Shown here: positions 1 through 13,555 of the stretch, one piece after another
How positions within the stretch are numbered: position 1 is the first letter of the stretch
Layout: each line of letters opens with the position of its first letter
From: Macrostomum lignano
Taxonomy: Eukaryota
Direction: 5' to 3'
NCBI GenBank assembly: GCA_002269645.1
Contig: NIVC01004373.1
Location: 1 to 48,145 of the forward strand
DNA: 48,145 nt
Program-made: the position numbers and the translations under genes
Notes under the pieces: model-generated
Databases searched by the model: none
The model's input: only the letters and a program-made list of their open reading frames with translations
What the model was told of the DNA's origin: nothing

Positions 1-98
1 ACGAGAACATGAGCATTCTTCGACATGAGGATATGGGCAAATTTCCCAACGAGCTAATAACAAAATAAAATAAAATTGAAATTGAAATTTATACTTAC

Positions 99-249
99 AA
101 CAGGATCAGCTGGGTGGTAAAATATTATAGATTCGGTTCACAATAGACTTTGGCACAATATCCTCCTGGGTGCCGTTGCCCTTTGGTCGAATGCCGCGCA
201 GAGCCAGAAACACGGCGAGAGGAGAGCCGAGACAGAACAGATTCTCCAG
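99..249 (-). CDS. DDHD1: DDHD1-like exon, start of DDHD domain ([22 protein letters not shown]...HPADPV)
   Basis: Acceptor CAACAG|CTG, donor GTT|GTAAGT. The exon is 151 nt, one base too long for the conserved frame. Confidence 0.88.
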
Positions 250-2072
250 CTGTTGTGTTCGAGGTTTTGACATCCAATTAAGATGGAGATTAATCTTTAT
301 GAACTAATAATTATTAATTGATATGTGCACCCAAATGTACACCTATCACGAAACAATATTAAACAGTGTACAGTCAGCCAGTTAGAAAAGCCAATCCAGA
401 ACCCCCATCAATCCTAGGCAGTGTACATTCAGCCAGTTAGAAAACTCAACCCCAGAACGACCACCCCACTCCACCGCATCAATCCTAGGCAGTGTACATT
501 CATCCAGTTAGAAAACCCAACCCCAGAACCACCACCCTACTCCACCGCATCAATCCAGGCAGTGTACATTCAGCCAGTTAGAATAGCCAACCCCAGAACC
601 ACCACCCCACTCCACCGCATCAATCCAGGCAGTGTACATTCAGCCAGTTAGAAAACTCAACCCCAGAACGACCACCCCACTCCACCGCATCAATCCAGGC
701 AGTGTACATTCAGCCAGTTAGAATAGCCAACCCAGAACGACCACCCCACTCCACCGCATCAATCCAGGCAGTGTACATTCAGCCAGTTAGAAAACTCAAC
801 CCCAGAACGACCACCCCACTCCACCGCATCAATCCAGGCAGTGTACATTCAGCCAGTTAGAATAGCCAACCCCAGAACCACCACCCCACTCCACCGCATC
901 AATCCAGGCAGTATAAATTCAGTCAGTTAGAATAGCCAACCCCAGAACCACCACCCCACTTCACCGCATCAATCCAGGCAGTGTACATTCAGCCAGTTAG
1001 AATAGCCAACCCCAGAACGACCACCCCACTCCACCGCATCAATCCTAGGTAGTGTACATTCAGCCAGTTAGAATAGCCAACCCCAGAACGACCACCCCAC
1101 TCCACTGCATTAATCCTAGGTAGTGTACATTCAGCCAGTTAGAATAGCCAACCCCAGAACCACCACCCCACTCCACCGCATCAATCCAGGCAGTGTACAT
1201 TCATCCAGTTGAATAGCCAACCGAAGAACCCCCACACCAAACCCTAGCAAGTCTGGGCAGTGTACACTATCAACCTTAATAGAATAGATAGAATAGAATA
1301 CTTGTATATTTAGTTAATTTTGGTAAATTTTGCCACAAAGATCATCCGGAGATGATATTAACAAACTGCATGGTTATACCAAAAGAAAGAGACAATTCTC
1401 ATCACTCATAGTTAAAAAGCACAGCTGGCATGTACCTGGCAATAATAAAACACAAGCGCATGTCAATGTACATAAACTTTTCAATTTAATAATTAATAAA
1501 GACACCTCAATATATTAAGTTAAGCCCCTTCACCAGTTAAAATTGATGTTATCTGGCAAATGGTTACTTGTTAATGATTAGTTGCATTACCTGCGGCAAA
1601 CCTCTCCATAGGGGACCGGATTTAAAATTACTAGGAAAATTGGCTTGCTGCAAAAATGTTTTCATTTTGGCGCAATTATTGCATTTTTGACTACTTATAA
1701 GTATACAAAGATGTATAATAATTGTTCGCATTGTTAGTAATATTTACATTCATTATCCAATAAATTCATAACTTACCCGAAAATTGGTGCAAGAATTAGC
1801 GCTTTTGTGCTGCTTCTCGGCCATAGACAGCAGGGAGTACTCCAGTTCCGTTACTCTGAAACAGTGATTCAGTATCAATAAGTACTGACCTGCTGCAGAA
1901 GCACACTGCTCACAATTGCTTACTTCTTGCGAGCCTCGTCCAGTTCTTTCAGCACCTGCTGACACTCCTCTCTGTCGTTGGACTTGTCGTTCTGAAATTT
2001 GAAGATTTATGTGTTTGTCAATATGGACTGAACTCGAGATTTCATGGCTGCATGGAGACAAATGGGGGATGG

Positions 2073-2141
<69 letters not shown>

Positions 2142-2152
2142 AACAGACACAC

Positions 2153-2203
<51 letters not shown>

Positions 2204-5200
2204 AACAGACACAGACAGACAGACACACAGACAGACAGACAGACAGACACACAGACACACAGGCAGACAGACACAGAGCAGAGGCTCACCAGGTAGCTGT
2301 GCACGAACTGGTCATACAGCTGCATGGGATTCCAGCCCATAACAATATCGTAGGTGATGACGCAGCCCAGCGAGTGGCCGATGACGGACACTTTGCCGCC
2401 AGCCGGCTCAAAGTAGGGGTGCCTGGCGCAGAACATGCTGTACAGGCGGCTGAGCTCCGTCTGCAGGCCGTGGGTGATCTCGGCGCGGTACAGGGGGCTG
2501 GTGTAGTACAGCACGTCCATTGCGGATGAGTTCAACAGGGTGCGAAGGCCGCGGATATTTGGCGGTGTAATTGAGTCCACGGTGTCGCCTGCGGCATTTT
2601 TGTTTTTTATTGTCGTTGATTATTGGTCAGAATTTACTTGCTTATGAGCAGTCATTCCGATAGTTTATGAGCAGTCATTCCGATAGTTTATGAGCAGTCA
2701 TTTTGATGGTTTATGAGCAGTCATTTTCATGGTTTATGAGCAGTCATTTTGATGGTTTATGAGCAGTCATTTTGATGGTTCATGAGCAGTCATTTTGATG
2801 GTTTATGAGCAGTCATTTTGATGGTTTATGAGCAGATATTTTGATGGTTTATGAGCAGTCATTTTGATGGTTTATGAGCAGTCATTTTAATGGTTTATGA
2901 GCAGTCATTCCGATAGTTTATGAGCAGTCATTTTGATGGTTTATGAGCAGTCATTCCGATAGTTTATGAGCAGTCATTTTGATGGTTTATGAGCAGTCAT
3001 TTTGATGGTTTATGAGCAGTCATTTTGATGGTTTATGAGCAGTCATTTTGATAGTTTATGAGCAGTCATTTTGATGGTTTATGAGCAGTCATTTTGATAG
3101 TTTATGAGCAGTCATTCCGATAGTTTATGAGCAGTCATTTTGATGGTTTATGAGCAGTCATTCCGATAGTTTATGAGCAGTCATTTTGATGGTTTATGAG
3201 CAGCCATTTTGATGGTTTATGAGCAGTTATTTTGATGGTTTATGAGCAGCCACTCTGATAGTTTATGAGCAGTCACTCTGATAGTTTATGAGCAGTCATT
3301 CTGATGGTTTATGAGCAGTCATTGTGATATTTTATGAGCAGTCACTCTGATGATAGTTTATGAGCAGTCATTCTGATGGCTTATGAGCAGTCATTGTGAT
3401 ATTTTATGAGCAGTCACTCTGATGATATTTTATGAGCAGTCACTCTGATGATAGTTTATGAGCAGTCATTCTGATGGTTTATGAGCAGTCATTGTGATAT
3501 TTTATGAGCAGTCACTCTGATGATAGTTTATGAGCAGTCATTCTGATGGTTTATGAGCAGTCATTCTGATGGTTTATGAGCAGTCATTCTGATGGTTTAT
3601 AAGTAATAATTTTGATGATTTATTGTTGGCCATATTTATGGTTTATGAAATCATTGAATTTTTACAAAGGCTAATTCCAATGGTTTATAAACGGTCATTC
3701 TGATAATTGGCACCCCACCCCTTACCATCTAAAGTGAGTGCAGATCTCCATTCGACTGGCAGAAACTCCACTCTCTGATTCGCGGAATCCAAATCCGGAA
3801 AGAATTTCTTCTTAATCCGTTCGCAAGTCTGCCTCAGATCGAAGGCGCATTTAACAATGGCGCCCGTTCGCATCTTCTGCCCGATGCCGTGAATAACAAA
3901 GACTAGATGAGTAATATCAGCCAGCTTCTCTTCAACTTTGGCTTCATCTTTGTACCCTCTGACCAGGCGAGCCCCGGTGCGCTGGACGCCGAGTTTCTGC
4001 AGGATGAACCGGCTGGTTGAGTCCTGGTACAGGTGCACCTGGCGAAGGTCGTACCAGTTCACGTGACAGTCGGTCAGGCGCAGGCTGTGGATGGCTGTGA
4101 ATGGGTTTTGGGATAATCATTATAGAGTGACAAAATGGGATTTTGGGATAAATCAATTCCCAGAGTGACAACATGAGATTTTGGGATAAATCACTCCCCC
4201 AGAGTGACAAGATAATATTTTGAGATGAATCACTCCCTCAGAGTGACAACATGGGATTTTGGGATAAATCACTCCCCTAGAGTGACAAGACAGGATTTTT
4301 GGATAAATCACTCCTCCAGAGTGACAAGATGGGATTTTGGGATAAATCACTCCGCCAGAGTGACAAGATGGTATTTTTGGATAAATTACTCCCCCAGAGT
4401 GACAAGATGGGATTTTGGGATAAATCACTCCCCCAGAGTGACAAGATGGGATTTTGGGTTGGATCACTCCCCCAGAGTGACAAGACGGGATTTTGGGATG
4501 AATCGCTCTCCCAGAGTGACAAGATGGGATTTTGGGATAAATCACTCCCCTAGAGTGACAAGATGGGGTTTTGAGATAAATCACTCACCCAGAGTGACAA
4601 GATGGGATTTTGAGATAAATCACTCCCCCAGAGTGACAAGATGGGATTTTGAGATAAATCACTCCCCAGAGTGACAAGATGGGATTTTAAGATAAATCAC
4701 TCCCCTAGAGTGACAAGATGGGATTTTGAGATAAATCACTCCCCTAGAGTGACAAGATGGGATTTTGAGATAAATCACTCCCCTAGAGTGACAAGATGGG
4801 ATTTTGAGATAAATCACTCTCCCAGAGTGACAAGATGGTATTTTGGGATAAATTACTCCCCCAGAGTGACAAGATGGGATTTTGAGATAAATCACTCACC
4901 CAGAGTGACAAGATGGTATTTTAGGATAAATTACTCCCCCAGAGTGACAAGACGGGATTTTGGGATAAATCACTCCTCCAGAGTGACAAGATGGGATTTT
5001 GGGATGAATCACCCCCTCAGAGTGACAAGATGGGATTTTAGGATAAATCACTCCCCCAGAGTGACAACATGGGATTTTAGGATAAATCACTCCTCCAGCA
5101 CATGAGGACAGCTACAAGAAAATTAATTATAACAGAGAATTACATGGCCAATCACTAACAAAATTACAACAGAAAATTGTTGCTAAGGTGTGCCAGCCAC

Positions 5201-8200
5201 GTGAGCACACACTGTACAAGAGTACAAGATTATAAGCCAGAGAAGTTGAAGAAAAGACTCAAAAAAATCATGCACAATGTCAGTAACAGCCTGTCCAAAA
5301 TTCCGACAAAGAAATGAGAAGTAAACAATAAAAATTGGAACAAGCTGTCTTTTGAGCCTGTTAAAAACATTAAAAAAACAAAATTAATAAACTTTTCCAT
5401 TTCCTCGTTGCACGACTAAGAAAAACACGTGGATGACAAAAAAGTGAAGCCAAGGCCCACATACGGGCGAAAGTCAGGGCGTTGATCTCGTCGCAAGTCG
5501 ACAAGGACTGCTTTAATTTTGCGCCGGCTGGGGTTTGTTTTAAACAAAATTGGGGCAGGTAATTGAAAGTGTTCGAAGGAAAAGTAATGAAAACAGCGGA
5601 TAATGGGGTGGGATATTCGTGATAGCGAGTCAGTGGGTCAGTCAGTGGGTCAGTGGGTCAGTGGGTCAGTCAGTCAGTGGGTCAGTCAGTGGGTCAGTTA
5701 GTCAGTGGGTCAGTCAGTCAGTGGGTCACTCAGTGGGTCAGTCAGTGGGTCAATCAGTGGGTCAGTCAGTCAGTGGGTCAGTCAGTGGGTCAGTCAGTCA
5801 GTGGGTCAGTCAGTGGGTCAGTCAGTCAGTGGGTCAGTGGATCAGTTAGTCAGTGGGTCAGTCAGTCAGTGGGTCAGTCAGTGGGTCAGTCAGTCAGTGG
5901 GTCAGTCAGTCAGTGGGTCAGTCAGTGGGTCAGTCAGTCAGTGGGTCAGTGGATCAGTTAGTCAGTGGGTCAGTCAGTCAGTGGGTCAGTCAGTGGGTCA
6001 GTCAGTCAGTGGGTCAGTCAGTGGGTCAGTCAGTCAGTGGGTCAGTTAGTCAGTGGGTCAGTCAGTCAGTGGGTCAGTCAGTCAGTGGGTCAGTCAGTGG
6101 GTCAGTCAGTCAGTGGGTCAGTGGATCAGTTAGTCAGTGGGTCAGTCAGTCAGTGGGTCAGTCAGTGGGTCAGTCAGTCAGTGGGTCAGTTAGTCAGTGG
6201 GTCAGTCAGTCAGTGGGTCAGTCAGTGGGTCAGTCAGTCAGTGGGTCAGTGGATCAGTTAGTCAGTGGGTCAGTCAGTCAGTGGGTCAGTCAGTGGGTCA
6301 GTTAGTCAGTGGGTCAGTCAGTCAGTGGGTCAGTCAGTGGGTCAGTTAGTCAGTGGGTCAGTCAGTGGGTCAGTTAGTCAGTGGGTCAGTCAGTCAGTGG
6401 GTCAGTCAGTGGGTCAGTCAGTCAGTGGGTCAGTGGATCAGTTAGTCAGTGGGTCAGTCAGTCAGTGGGTCAGTCAGTGGGTCAGTCAGTCAGTGGGTCA
6501 GTTAGTCAGTGGGTCAGTCAGTCAGTGGGTCAGTCAGTGGGTCAGTCAGTCAGTGGGTCAGTGGATCAGTTAGTCAGTGGGTCAGTCAGTCAGTGGGTCA
6601 GTCAGTGGGTCAGTCAGTCAGTGGGTCAGTTAGTCAGTGGGTCAGTCAGTGGGTCAGTGGGTCAGTCAGTCAGTGGGTCAGTCAGTCAGTGGGTCAGTTA
6701 GTCAGTGGGTCAGTCAGTCAGTGGGTCAGTCAGTGGGTCAGTCAGTCAGTGGGTCAGTGGATCAGTTAGTCAGTGGGTCAGTCAGTCAGTGGGTCAGTCA
6801 GTGGGTCAGTCAGTCAGTGGGTCAGTTAGTCAGTGGGTCAGTCAGTGGGTCAGTTAGTCAGTGGGTCAGTCAGTCAGTGGGTCAGTCAGTGGGTCAGTCA
6901 GTCAGTGGGTCAGTTAGTCAGTGGGTCAGTCAGTGGGTCAGTGGGTCAGTCAGTCAGTGGGTCACTCAGTGAGTCAGTCAGTAAAAAAATCGATTGAAAG
7001 GAAAAAAAGTTATTTCTTGATATTAGCAGGTATTTAAAAAAGATCAAATTATCTCGATCTATCAGAAAAGTTAAAAGTTTTAAAAGTCAAGTTGAATTCA
7101 ACATCAGAAACAAGCAATACTCAACATTTATAAAGTTTATGAAACGGTGCAAATAACATGTAAACACTGAAAACTGTTCATGCACAAAAAACTTCAGCGC
7201 ACTTGTTTTCACCTCAACTCACCTTCCTTGGACTTGGAGCTGCCACTGGCGCTGCCGCCGCCAACGCTGCTGCCTCCTTCGCGACAAACCGGCGACTCCT
7301 CGTAGCGAAGGCCTTCGAATTTGGCCAGGTGCTCGGCTTCAATCTGGGCTGCCAGATCTTCTGGCAGGGGCTGCCAGCCGTTCTCCCGAAACCAGGTGCC
7401 GCGGGAGAGCACGGCGGTTTGTTTAACACCTGGATGCAGGATTTGTTAATTATAAATAAAGAATTTTGAACTACACGAGTTTTGTTTAATTTAATATTAT
7501 TTTTAAATTAACGGCGGATGAATTGAATTAACAATTAAGATATTTTAATCAAGTTAAAGTTGATTATCTGAACAATTCCCCTCGAGTCATTGCCAATCTG
7601 AACAATTCCCCTCCAGTCATTTCCAATCTGAACAATTCCCCTCGAGTCATTGCCTAGCTGAACAATTCCCCTCGAGTCATTGCCTAGCTGAACAATTTCC
7701 CTCGAGTCATTGCCTAGCTGAACAATTCCCCTCGAGTCATTGCCTAGCTGAACAATTCCCCTCGAGTCATTTCCTAGCTGAACAATTCCCCTCGAGTCAT
7801 TGCCTAGCTGAACAATTCCCCTCGAGTCATTTCCTAGCTGAACAATTCCCCTCGAGTCATTGCCTAGCTGAACAATTCCCTCGAGTCATTTCCTAGCTGA
7901 ACAATTCCCCTCCAGTCATTGCATAGCTGAACAATTCCCCTCGAGTCATTGCATAGCTGAACAATTCCCCTCGAGTCATTGCCTAGCTGAACAATTCCCC
8001 TTGAATCATTGCCTAGCTGAACAATTCCCCTCGAGTCATTGCCTAGCTGAACAATTCCCCTTGAGTCATTGCCTAGCTGAACAATTCCCCTCGAGTCATT
8101 TCCTAGCTGAACAATTCCCCTCGAGTCATTGCCTAGCTGAACAATTCCCCTCGAGTCATTGCCTAGCTGAACAATTCCCCTCGAGTCATTGCCTAGCTGA

Positions 8201-11200
8201 ACAATTCCCCTCGAGTCATTTCCTAGCTGAACAATTCCCCTCGAGTCATTGCCTAGCTGAACAATTCCCCTCGAGTCATTTCCTAGCTGAACAATTCCCC
8301 TCCAGTCATTGCATAGCTGAACAATTCCCCTCGAGTCATTGCCTAGCTGAACAATTCCCCTTGAGTCATTGCCTAGCTGAACAATTCCCCTCGAGTCATT
8401 GCCTAGCTGAACAATTCCCCTTGAGTCATTGCCTAGCTGAACAATTCCCCTTGAGTCATTGCCTAGCTGAACAATTCCCCTCGAGTCATTGCCTATCTGA
8501 ACAATTCCCCTTAAGTCATTGAGTATCTGAACAATTCCCCTCGAGTCATTGAGTATCTGAACAATTCCTTTCGAGTCACTGGCCATGTGAACAATTCCTT
8601 TTAACTTATTGGTTCTCTAAACAATGCCCCCTTAAGTCGCTGATCTGATAGCTCTCCCTATTAAACTTTGACCATTAGCCGTTCAAATTCCATACATTCG
8701 CAAAGCGAGGATAATTAGGTAAATACTTTTAAATGAGCTGCTTTAATTGCAGTTTTTTCATGTTCAGTATGACTGTACGTACAGGCGTTATTTTAAAAAA
8801 AAGTCAGGTTATGAAAACCAAATCTGGGAAATACAGAGAAGTTACAGGTAACACAAGCAAAATAGAACAGAATTAAGACAACTACTGGTATAAACTTCAG
8901 ACACATTTTTATCAGCTTTGATTATCTTAACTAGAAACTCGTATTAGTGAAAATTAAAACTGATCAGCCAAATTCAAATAATAATTTCCGCAGGTGAGGG
9001 GGGGGGGGCAGAATGAGCGGCCCAATAAAAGTGTCAGAAGGCGACGCACAGCATAGAAACAATATATTATTATATTATATTCGTATACTTACTCATTTTG
9101 TTAACTCGCATCTCTAAAATTGAGGAATAAATAATTTGAGCAAATTGGAAAAAGCCAAAATAAAAACGGTGCTCAAGAAATCTTTTTGGCAAATTTAAAC
9201 TCCGCGGCACCAGAAAAGCATGCAGTTTCTTTAATGCAAAAAATTTAGAAATTTAATCCTCGAATTTCCCAGAAATTTCTATAATTTAACAAACAAAAAT
9301 GAGTTGAAAAACAATAAAGCAAAAATTATGATTTATAAATTATTTTGTGTACTTTTGCGCCAACTCTTCGGCATTCGATTTGGTTTGCCGCGCCAATCCA
9401 GCTCAGAAACGGCTGCAAATTTGTTAGAATAAATCTCAGAAATAATCTTTACTTAGAAAACAATACTAATATATATATGTAGTCGACAGTTATGCAAACA
9501 ACATAAATTATTGTACTACTAAAAGGGTTAAATTTCGCAACTTAATAGGGAAAACTGATCAATAACAAATTTAACACCGTTTTTACTAGCAATGTACTTT
9601 TTATGCTGACACCGCTACCCTCCTCAGGTCATTTAGTGCACTGACACCGCTACCCTCCTCAGGGCATTCAGTGCACTGACACCGCTACCCTCCTCAGGTC
9701 ACTCAGTGCACTGACACCGCTACCCTCCTCAGGTCATTTAGTGCACTGACACCGCTACCCTCCTCAGGTCACTCAGTGCACTGACACCGCTACCCTCCTC
9801 AGGTCATTTAGTGCACTGACACCGCTACCCTCCTCAGGGCATTCAGTGCACTGACACCGCTACCCTCCTCAGGTCACTCAGTGCACTGACACCGCTACCC
9901 TCCTCAGGGCATTCAGTGCACTGACACCGCTACCCTCCTCAGGTCACTCAGTGCACTGACACCGCTACCCTCCTCAGGTCATTTAGTGCACTGACACCGC
10001 TACCCTCCTCAGGGCATTCAGTGCACTGACACCGCTACCCTCCTCAGGTCATTTAGTGCACTGACACCGCTACCCTCCTCAGGGCATTCAGTGCACTGAC
10101 ACCGCTACCCTCCTCAGGTCATTTAGTGCACTGACACCGCTACCCTCCTCAGGTCATTTAGTGCACTGACACCGCTACCCTCCTCAGGGCATTCAGTGCA
10201 CTGACACCGCTACCCTCCTCAGGTCATTTAGTGCACTGACACCGCTACCCTCCTCAGGTCATTTAGTGCACTGACACCGCTACCCTCCTCAGGTCATTTA
10301 GTGCACTGACACCGCTACCCTCCTCAGGTCATTTAGTGCACTGACACCGCTACCCTCCTCAGGGCATTCAGTGCACTGACACCGCTACCCTCCTCAGGTC
10401 ATTTAGTGCACTGACACCGCTACCCTCCTCAGGGCATTCAGTGCACTGACACCGCTACCCTCAGGGCATTCAGTGCACGGACACCGCTACCCTCCTCAGG
10501 GCATTCAGTGCACTGACACCGCTACCCTCCTCAGGGCATTCAGTGCACTGACACCGCTACCCTCCTCAGGGCATTCAGTGCACTGACACCGCTACCCTCC
10601 TCAGGGCATTCAGTGCACTGACACCGCTACCCTCCTCAGGTCATTTAGTGCACTGACACCGCTACCCCTCAGGTCTTATTAGTGCACTGACACCGCTACC
10701 CTCAGGGCATTCAGTGCACTGACACCGCTACCCTCCTCAGGTCATTTAGTGCACTGACACCGCTACCCTCCTCAGGGCATTCAGTGCACTGACACCGCTA
10801 CCCTCCTCAGGGCATTCAGTGCACTGACACCGCTACCCTCCTCAGGTCTTATTAGTGCTGACACCGCTACCCTCCTCAGGTCTTATTAGTGCTGACACCG
10901 CTACCCTCATTATATTTAAATACGGTCAGAGAAGTTAAAAAAACAAATAGGAATTGTGTAAACGCCATATTACATGCTACTACTAAGTAGGTATTTATAA
11001 ATGAATTCAGATATGCTATCATCAAGGTGGCTAATATTGCAATCAATCAAACTACACTAATTTTAAACTTTTACCTGACCAATAGATTGGCCGACAACTT
11101 CTAGCCGCGATGTCAGCTTCAAACAGGCCACCCCGGACTAGGATCTTCTCCGTGTGGCTGTCGCCGCTGCCACCAGTAGCTGGAGCTTCGGCTGCGGCAC

Positions 11201-12593
11201 CAGCGGCAGTGCACAAGAGTTCGCGGTGCTTGCACTCTAATCTCAGCGAATCGTAGCCATTAAATGGCAGCCATTTTTTCTCGCCTTCCTCTTGGTAGAA
11301 CCAGCGGATCTGGGATTGTAGTAGGCGTTTTGTATTTATATAGGGGCGATTGTGAGGCCATTATAAGGGCGATTCTTAGGCCTATTTAGGGGCGATTCTT
11401 AGGCCTATTTAAGGGCGATTCTTAGGCTACCATTAAGGCGATTCTTAGGCCAATATAAGGGCGATTCTTAGGCTACCATTAGGGCGATTCTTAGGCCTAT
11501 TTAAGGGCGATTCTTAGGCCTATTTAAGGGCGATTCTTAGGCTACCATTAAGGCGATTCTTAGGCCAATATAAGGGCGATTCTTAGGCTACCATTAGGGC
11601 GATTCTTAGGCCTATTTAAGGGCGATTCTTAGGCCTATTTAATGGCGATTCTTAGGCCTATTTAAGGGCGATTCTTAGGCTACCATTAGGGCGATTCTTA
11701 GGCTTATTTAAGGGCGATTCTTAGGCTTATTTAAGGGCGATTCTTAGGCCTATTTAAGGGCGATTCTAAGGCCTATTTAAGAGCGATTCTTAGGCCTATT
11801 TAAGGGCGATTCTTAGGCCTATTTAAGGGCGATTCTTAGGCCTATTTAAGGGCGATTCTTAGGCCTATTTAAGGGCGATTCTTATGCCTATTTAAGGGCG
11901 ATTCTTAGGCCTATTTAAGGGCGATTCTTAGGCCTATTTAAGGGCGATTCTTAGGCCTATTTAAGGGCGATTCTTAGGCTACCAGTAGGGCGATTCTTAG
12001 GCCTATTTAAGGGCGATTCTTAGGCCTATTTAAGGGCGATTCTTAGGCCTTTTTAAGGGCGATTTTTAGGCCTATTTAAGGGCGATTCTTAGGCCTATTT
12101 AAGGGCGATTTTTAGGCCTATTTAAGGGCGATTTTTAGGCCTATGTAAGGGCGATTCTTAGGCTTATTTAAGAGCGATTCTTAGGCCTATTTAAGAGCGA
12201 TTCTTAGGCTACCATTAAGGCGATTCTCAGGCCATCATATGGGGCGATTCTTAGGCCACTATAAGATCGATTTTAGACTTTCATAGGTGCGATGTTTAGA
12301 CCATTATTCACCTCTTCCGGTCGCAGCTCGGCAACGCAGTCGTTAGCCGGATACAGCGGATTAGTCATGGCTCGCCTATTAATCCTAGCAGCCGCGGCCG
12401 CGTACTCCGGGTTATTTGTAGTCGATGAAGCAGTGGATGACACATCCTCAGAGGAGAAGGACAAAGCATCGTAATCGCGCAGGTAGGAATCCGTAGATGC
12501 GCTAGTCAGTGGGTCAATGCCTCTGTAGCGGCACTGGTCTCTGTAAGACAGGCCTTCGCGTTCCGTTAGCTGCACCTCAGAAGAGTCTGCCAT
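99..12593 (-). CDS. DDHD1: DDHD1-like intracellular phospholipase A1 (PA-PLA1), multi-exon gene, 3' end outside window
   Basis: Exons joined by GT-AG introns with consistent phases: 12593-12312, 11309-11075, 7429-7223, 4094-3726, 2588-2290, 1991-1924, 1855-1777, 249-99. Translation gives ELRPEE|[33 protein letters not shown], lipase motif GHSLG and the DDHD start [19 protein letters not shown], all matching DDHD1. There is one +1 base in the last exon seen (A4 run at 119-122). Confidence 0.93.
366..1266. repeat. 70-bp minisatellite (~12 copies), intronic
   Basis: Unit CAGCCAGTTAGAATAGCCAACCCCAGAACCACCACCCCACTCCACCGCATCAATCCAGGCAGTGTACATT (copies start at 571 and 641). Confidence 0.95.
1777..1855 (-). 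CDS. DDHD1: DDHD1-like small exon ([26 protein letters not shown])
   Basis: Acceptor TTTCAG|A, donor CGG|GTAAGT; phases fit. Confidence 0.75.
1924..1991 (-). CDS. DDHD1: DDHD1-like small exon ([22 protein letters not shown])
   Basis: Acceptor TTTCAG|AAC, donor AA|GTAAGC; phases fit the neighbouring exons. Confidence 0.75.
2074..2276. repeat. (GACA)n microsatellite, intronic
   Basis: Direct reading. Confidence 0.97.
2290..2588 (-). CDS. DDHD1: DDHD1-like exon with catalytic GHSLG motif
   Basis: [34 protein letters not shown]...[15 protein letters not shown]; acceptor CCGCAG|GC, donor CTG|GTGAGC. Confidence 0.95.
2641..3600. repeat. 23-bp minisatellite, intronic
   Basis: Unit TTTATGAGCAGTCATTTTGATGG with variants. 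Confidence 0.95.
3726..4094 (-). CDS. DDHD1: DDHD1-like exon (AIHSLRL...[13 protein letters not shown]...[10 protein letters not shown])
   Basis: Acceptor TTCACAG|CC, donor ATG|GTAAG, 369 nt. Confidence 0.93.
4105..5097. repeat. 39-bp minisatellite, intronic
   Basis: Unit CCCCAGAGTGACAAGATGGGATTTTGGGATAAATCACTC. Confidence 0.95.
5628..6982. repeat. Compound (GTCA)n/GTGG microsatellite, intronic
   Basis: GTCA and GTGG tetramers in higher-order patterns. Confidence 0.96.
7223..7429 (-). CDS. DDHD1: DDHD1-like exon ([16 protein letters not shown]...)
   Basis: Acceptor ATCCAG|GT, donor AAG|GTGAGT, phase 1 to 1. Confidence 0.9.
7568..8598. repeat. 30-bp minisatellite, intronic
   Basis: Unit CTGAACAATTCCCCTCGAGTCATTGCCTAG. 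Confidence 0.96.
9606..10908. repeat. 35-bp minisatellite, intronic
   Basis: Unit CTGACACCGCTACCCTCCTCAGGTCATTTAGTGCA, alternating with a GGGCATTC variant. Confidence 0.96.
11075..11309 (-). CDS. DDHD1: DDHD1-like exon ([25 protein letters not shown]...VRGGLFEAD...PIYWS)
   Basis: Acceptor CCCAG|ATC, donor CAG|GTAA. Not in the ORF track; translated by hand. Confidence 0.9.
11343..12258. repeat. 23-bp minisatellite, intronic
   Basis: Unit GGGCGATTCTTAGGCCTATTTAA. Confidence 0.96.
12312..12593 (-). CDS. DDHD1: DDHD1-like exon 1 (MADSS...CVAELRPEE)
   Basis: ATG at 12593; donor GAG|GTGAAT at 12312/12311; phase 0 into the next exon. The start codon is tentative. Confidence 0.8.
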
Positions 12594-12732
12594 CCAGATT
12601 TGATTTATGGACTGACTATGCCAAACCGTGTAGATGAGTTATTGGACTGGGCATTGGGAGCATGAATTGAAGCATAGGGGCTCGTTTTAATGTCGATTTA
12701 TGGGATCGAATTAAGGTGTGGCGTAACTGGGT

Positions 12733-13555
12733 GGTGTTAGATAAGGAAACTATAGATAATGGGATGTTAGATAAGGGAACTTTGGATAATGGGGTGTTAG
12801 ATAAGGGAATATGCGATAATTAAAGGTGCTATATAAGGGAACATTGGATAATTAGGGGTGTTAGATAAGGGGACATGTGATAATTAGGGGTGTTAGATAA
12901 GGGGACATGGGATAATTGGGGGGTGTTAGATAATGGAACATTGGATAATTGGGGGTGTTAGATAAGGGAATATGAGATAGTTAAAGGTGCTAGATAAGGG
13001 GAAACGGGATAATTAGGGGTGTTAGATAAGGGGACATGTGATAATTAGGGGTGTTAGATAAGGGGACATGGGATAATTGGGGGGTGTTAGATATTGGAAC
13101 ATTGGATAATTGGGGGTGTTAGATAAGGGAATATGAGATAGTTAAAGGTGCTAGATAAGGGAACATGGGATAATTAGGGGTGTTAGATAAGGGGACATGG
13201 GATAATTGGATAATTGGGGGTGTTAGATAAGAGAACATGGGATAACTAGGGGTGTTAGACAAGCGAATATGGGATAATTGGGGGCGTTAGACAAGGGAAC
13301 ATGGGATAATTAGGGATGTTAGATAAGGGAACTTTGGATAATGGGGTGTTAGATAAGGGAATATGGGATAATTAGGGGTGTTAGACAAGGGAATATGGGA
13401 TAATTGGGGGTGTTAGATAAGGGAATATGGGATAATTAAAGGTGCTAGATAAGGGGACATGGGATAATTGGGGGTGCTAGATAAGGGGACATGGGATAAT
13501 TGGATAATTGGGGGTGTTAGATAAGGAAATATGGGATAATTGGGGGTGTTATATA
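12733..13555. repeat. ~31-bp minisatellite between DDX52 and DDHD1
   Basis: Unit approximately GGGGTGTTAGATAAGGGAACATGGGATAATT. Confidence 0.92.

Noticed and set aside
1-53. Possible next DDHD1 exon
   Set aside because: The translation does not give the expected AYRLEP continuation, and the intron would be only ~45 nt.
1581-1631. Apparent small DDHD1 exon (TAG|TAATTT...GCAG|GTAATG)
   Set aside because: It opens with a stop in the required phase 0, and the flanking exons join correctly without it (TNFR|LENLF).
421-8586. Many long repetitive ORFs ([35 protein letters not shown] and others)
   Set aside because: They are stop-free readings of intronic micro/minisatellites inside DDHD1 and are open in several frames on both strands.
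7568-12258. CRISPR-like appearance of the regular 23-35-bp repeats
   Set aside because: Units are head-to-tail with no unique spacers, there are no cas genes, and the context is eukaryotic.
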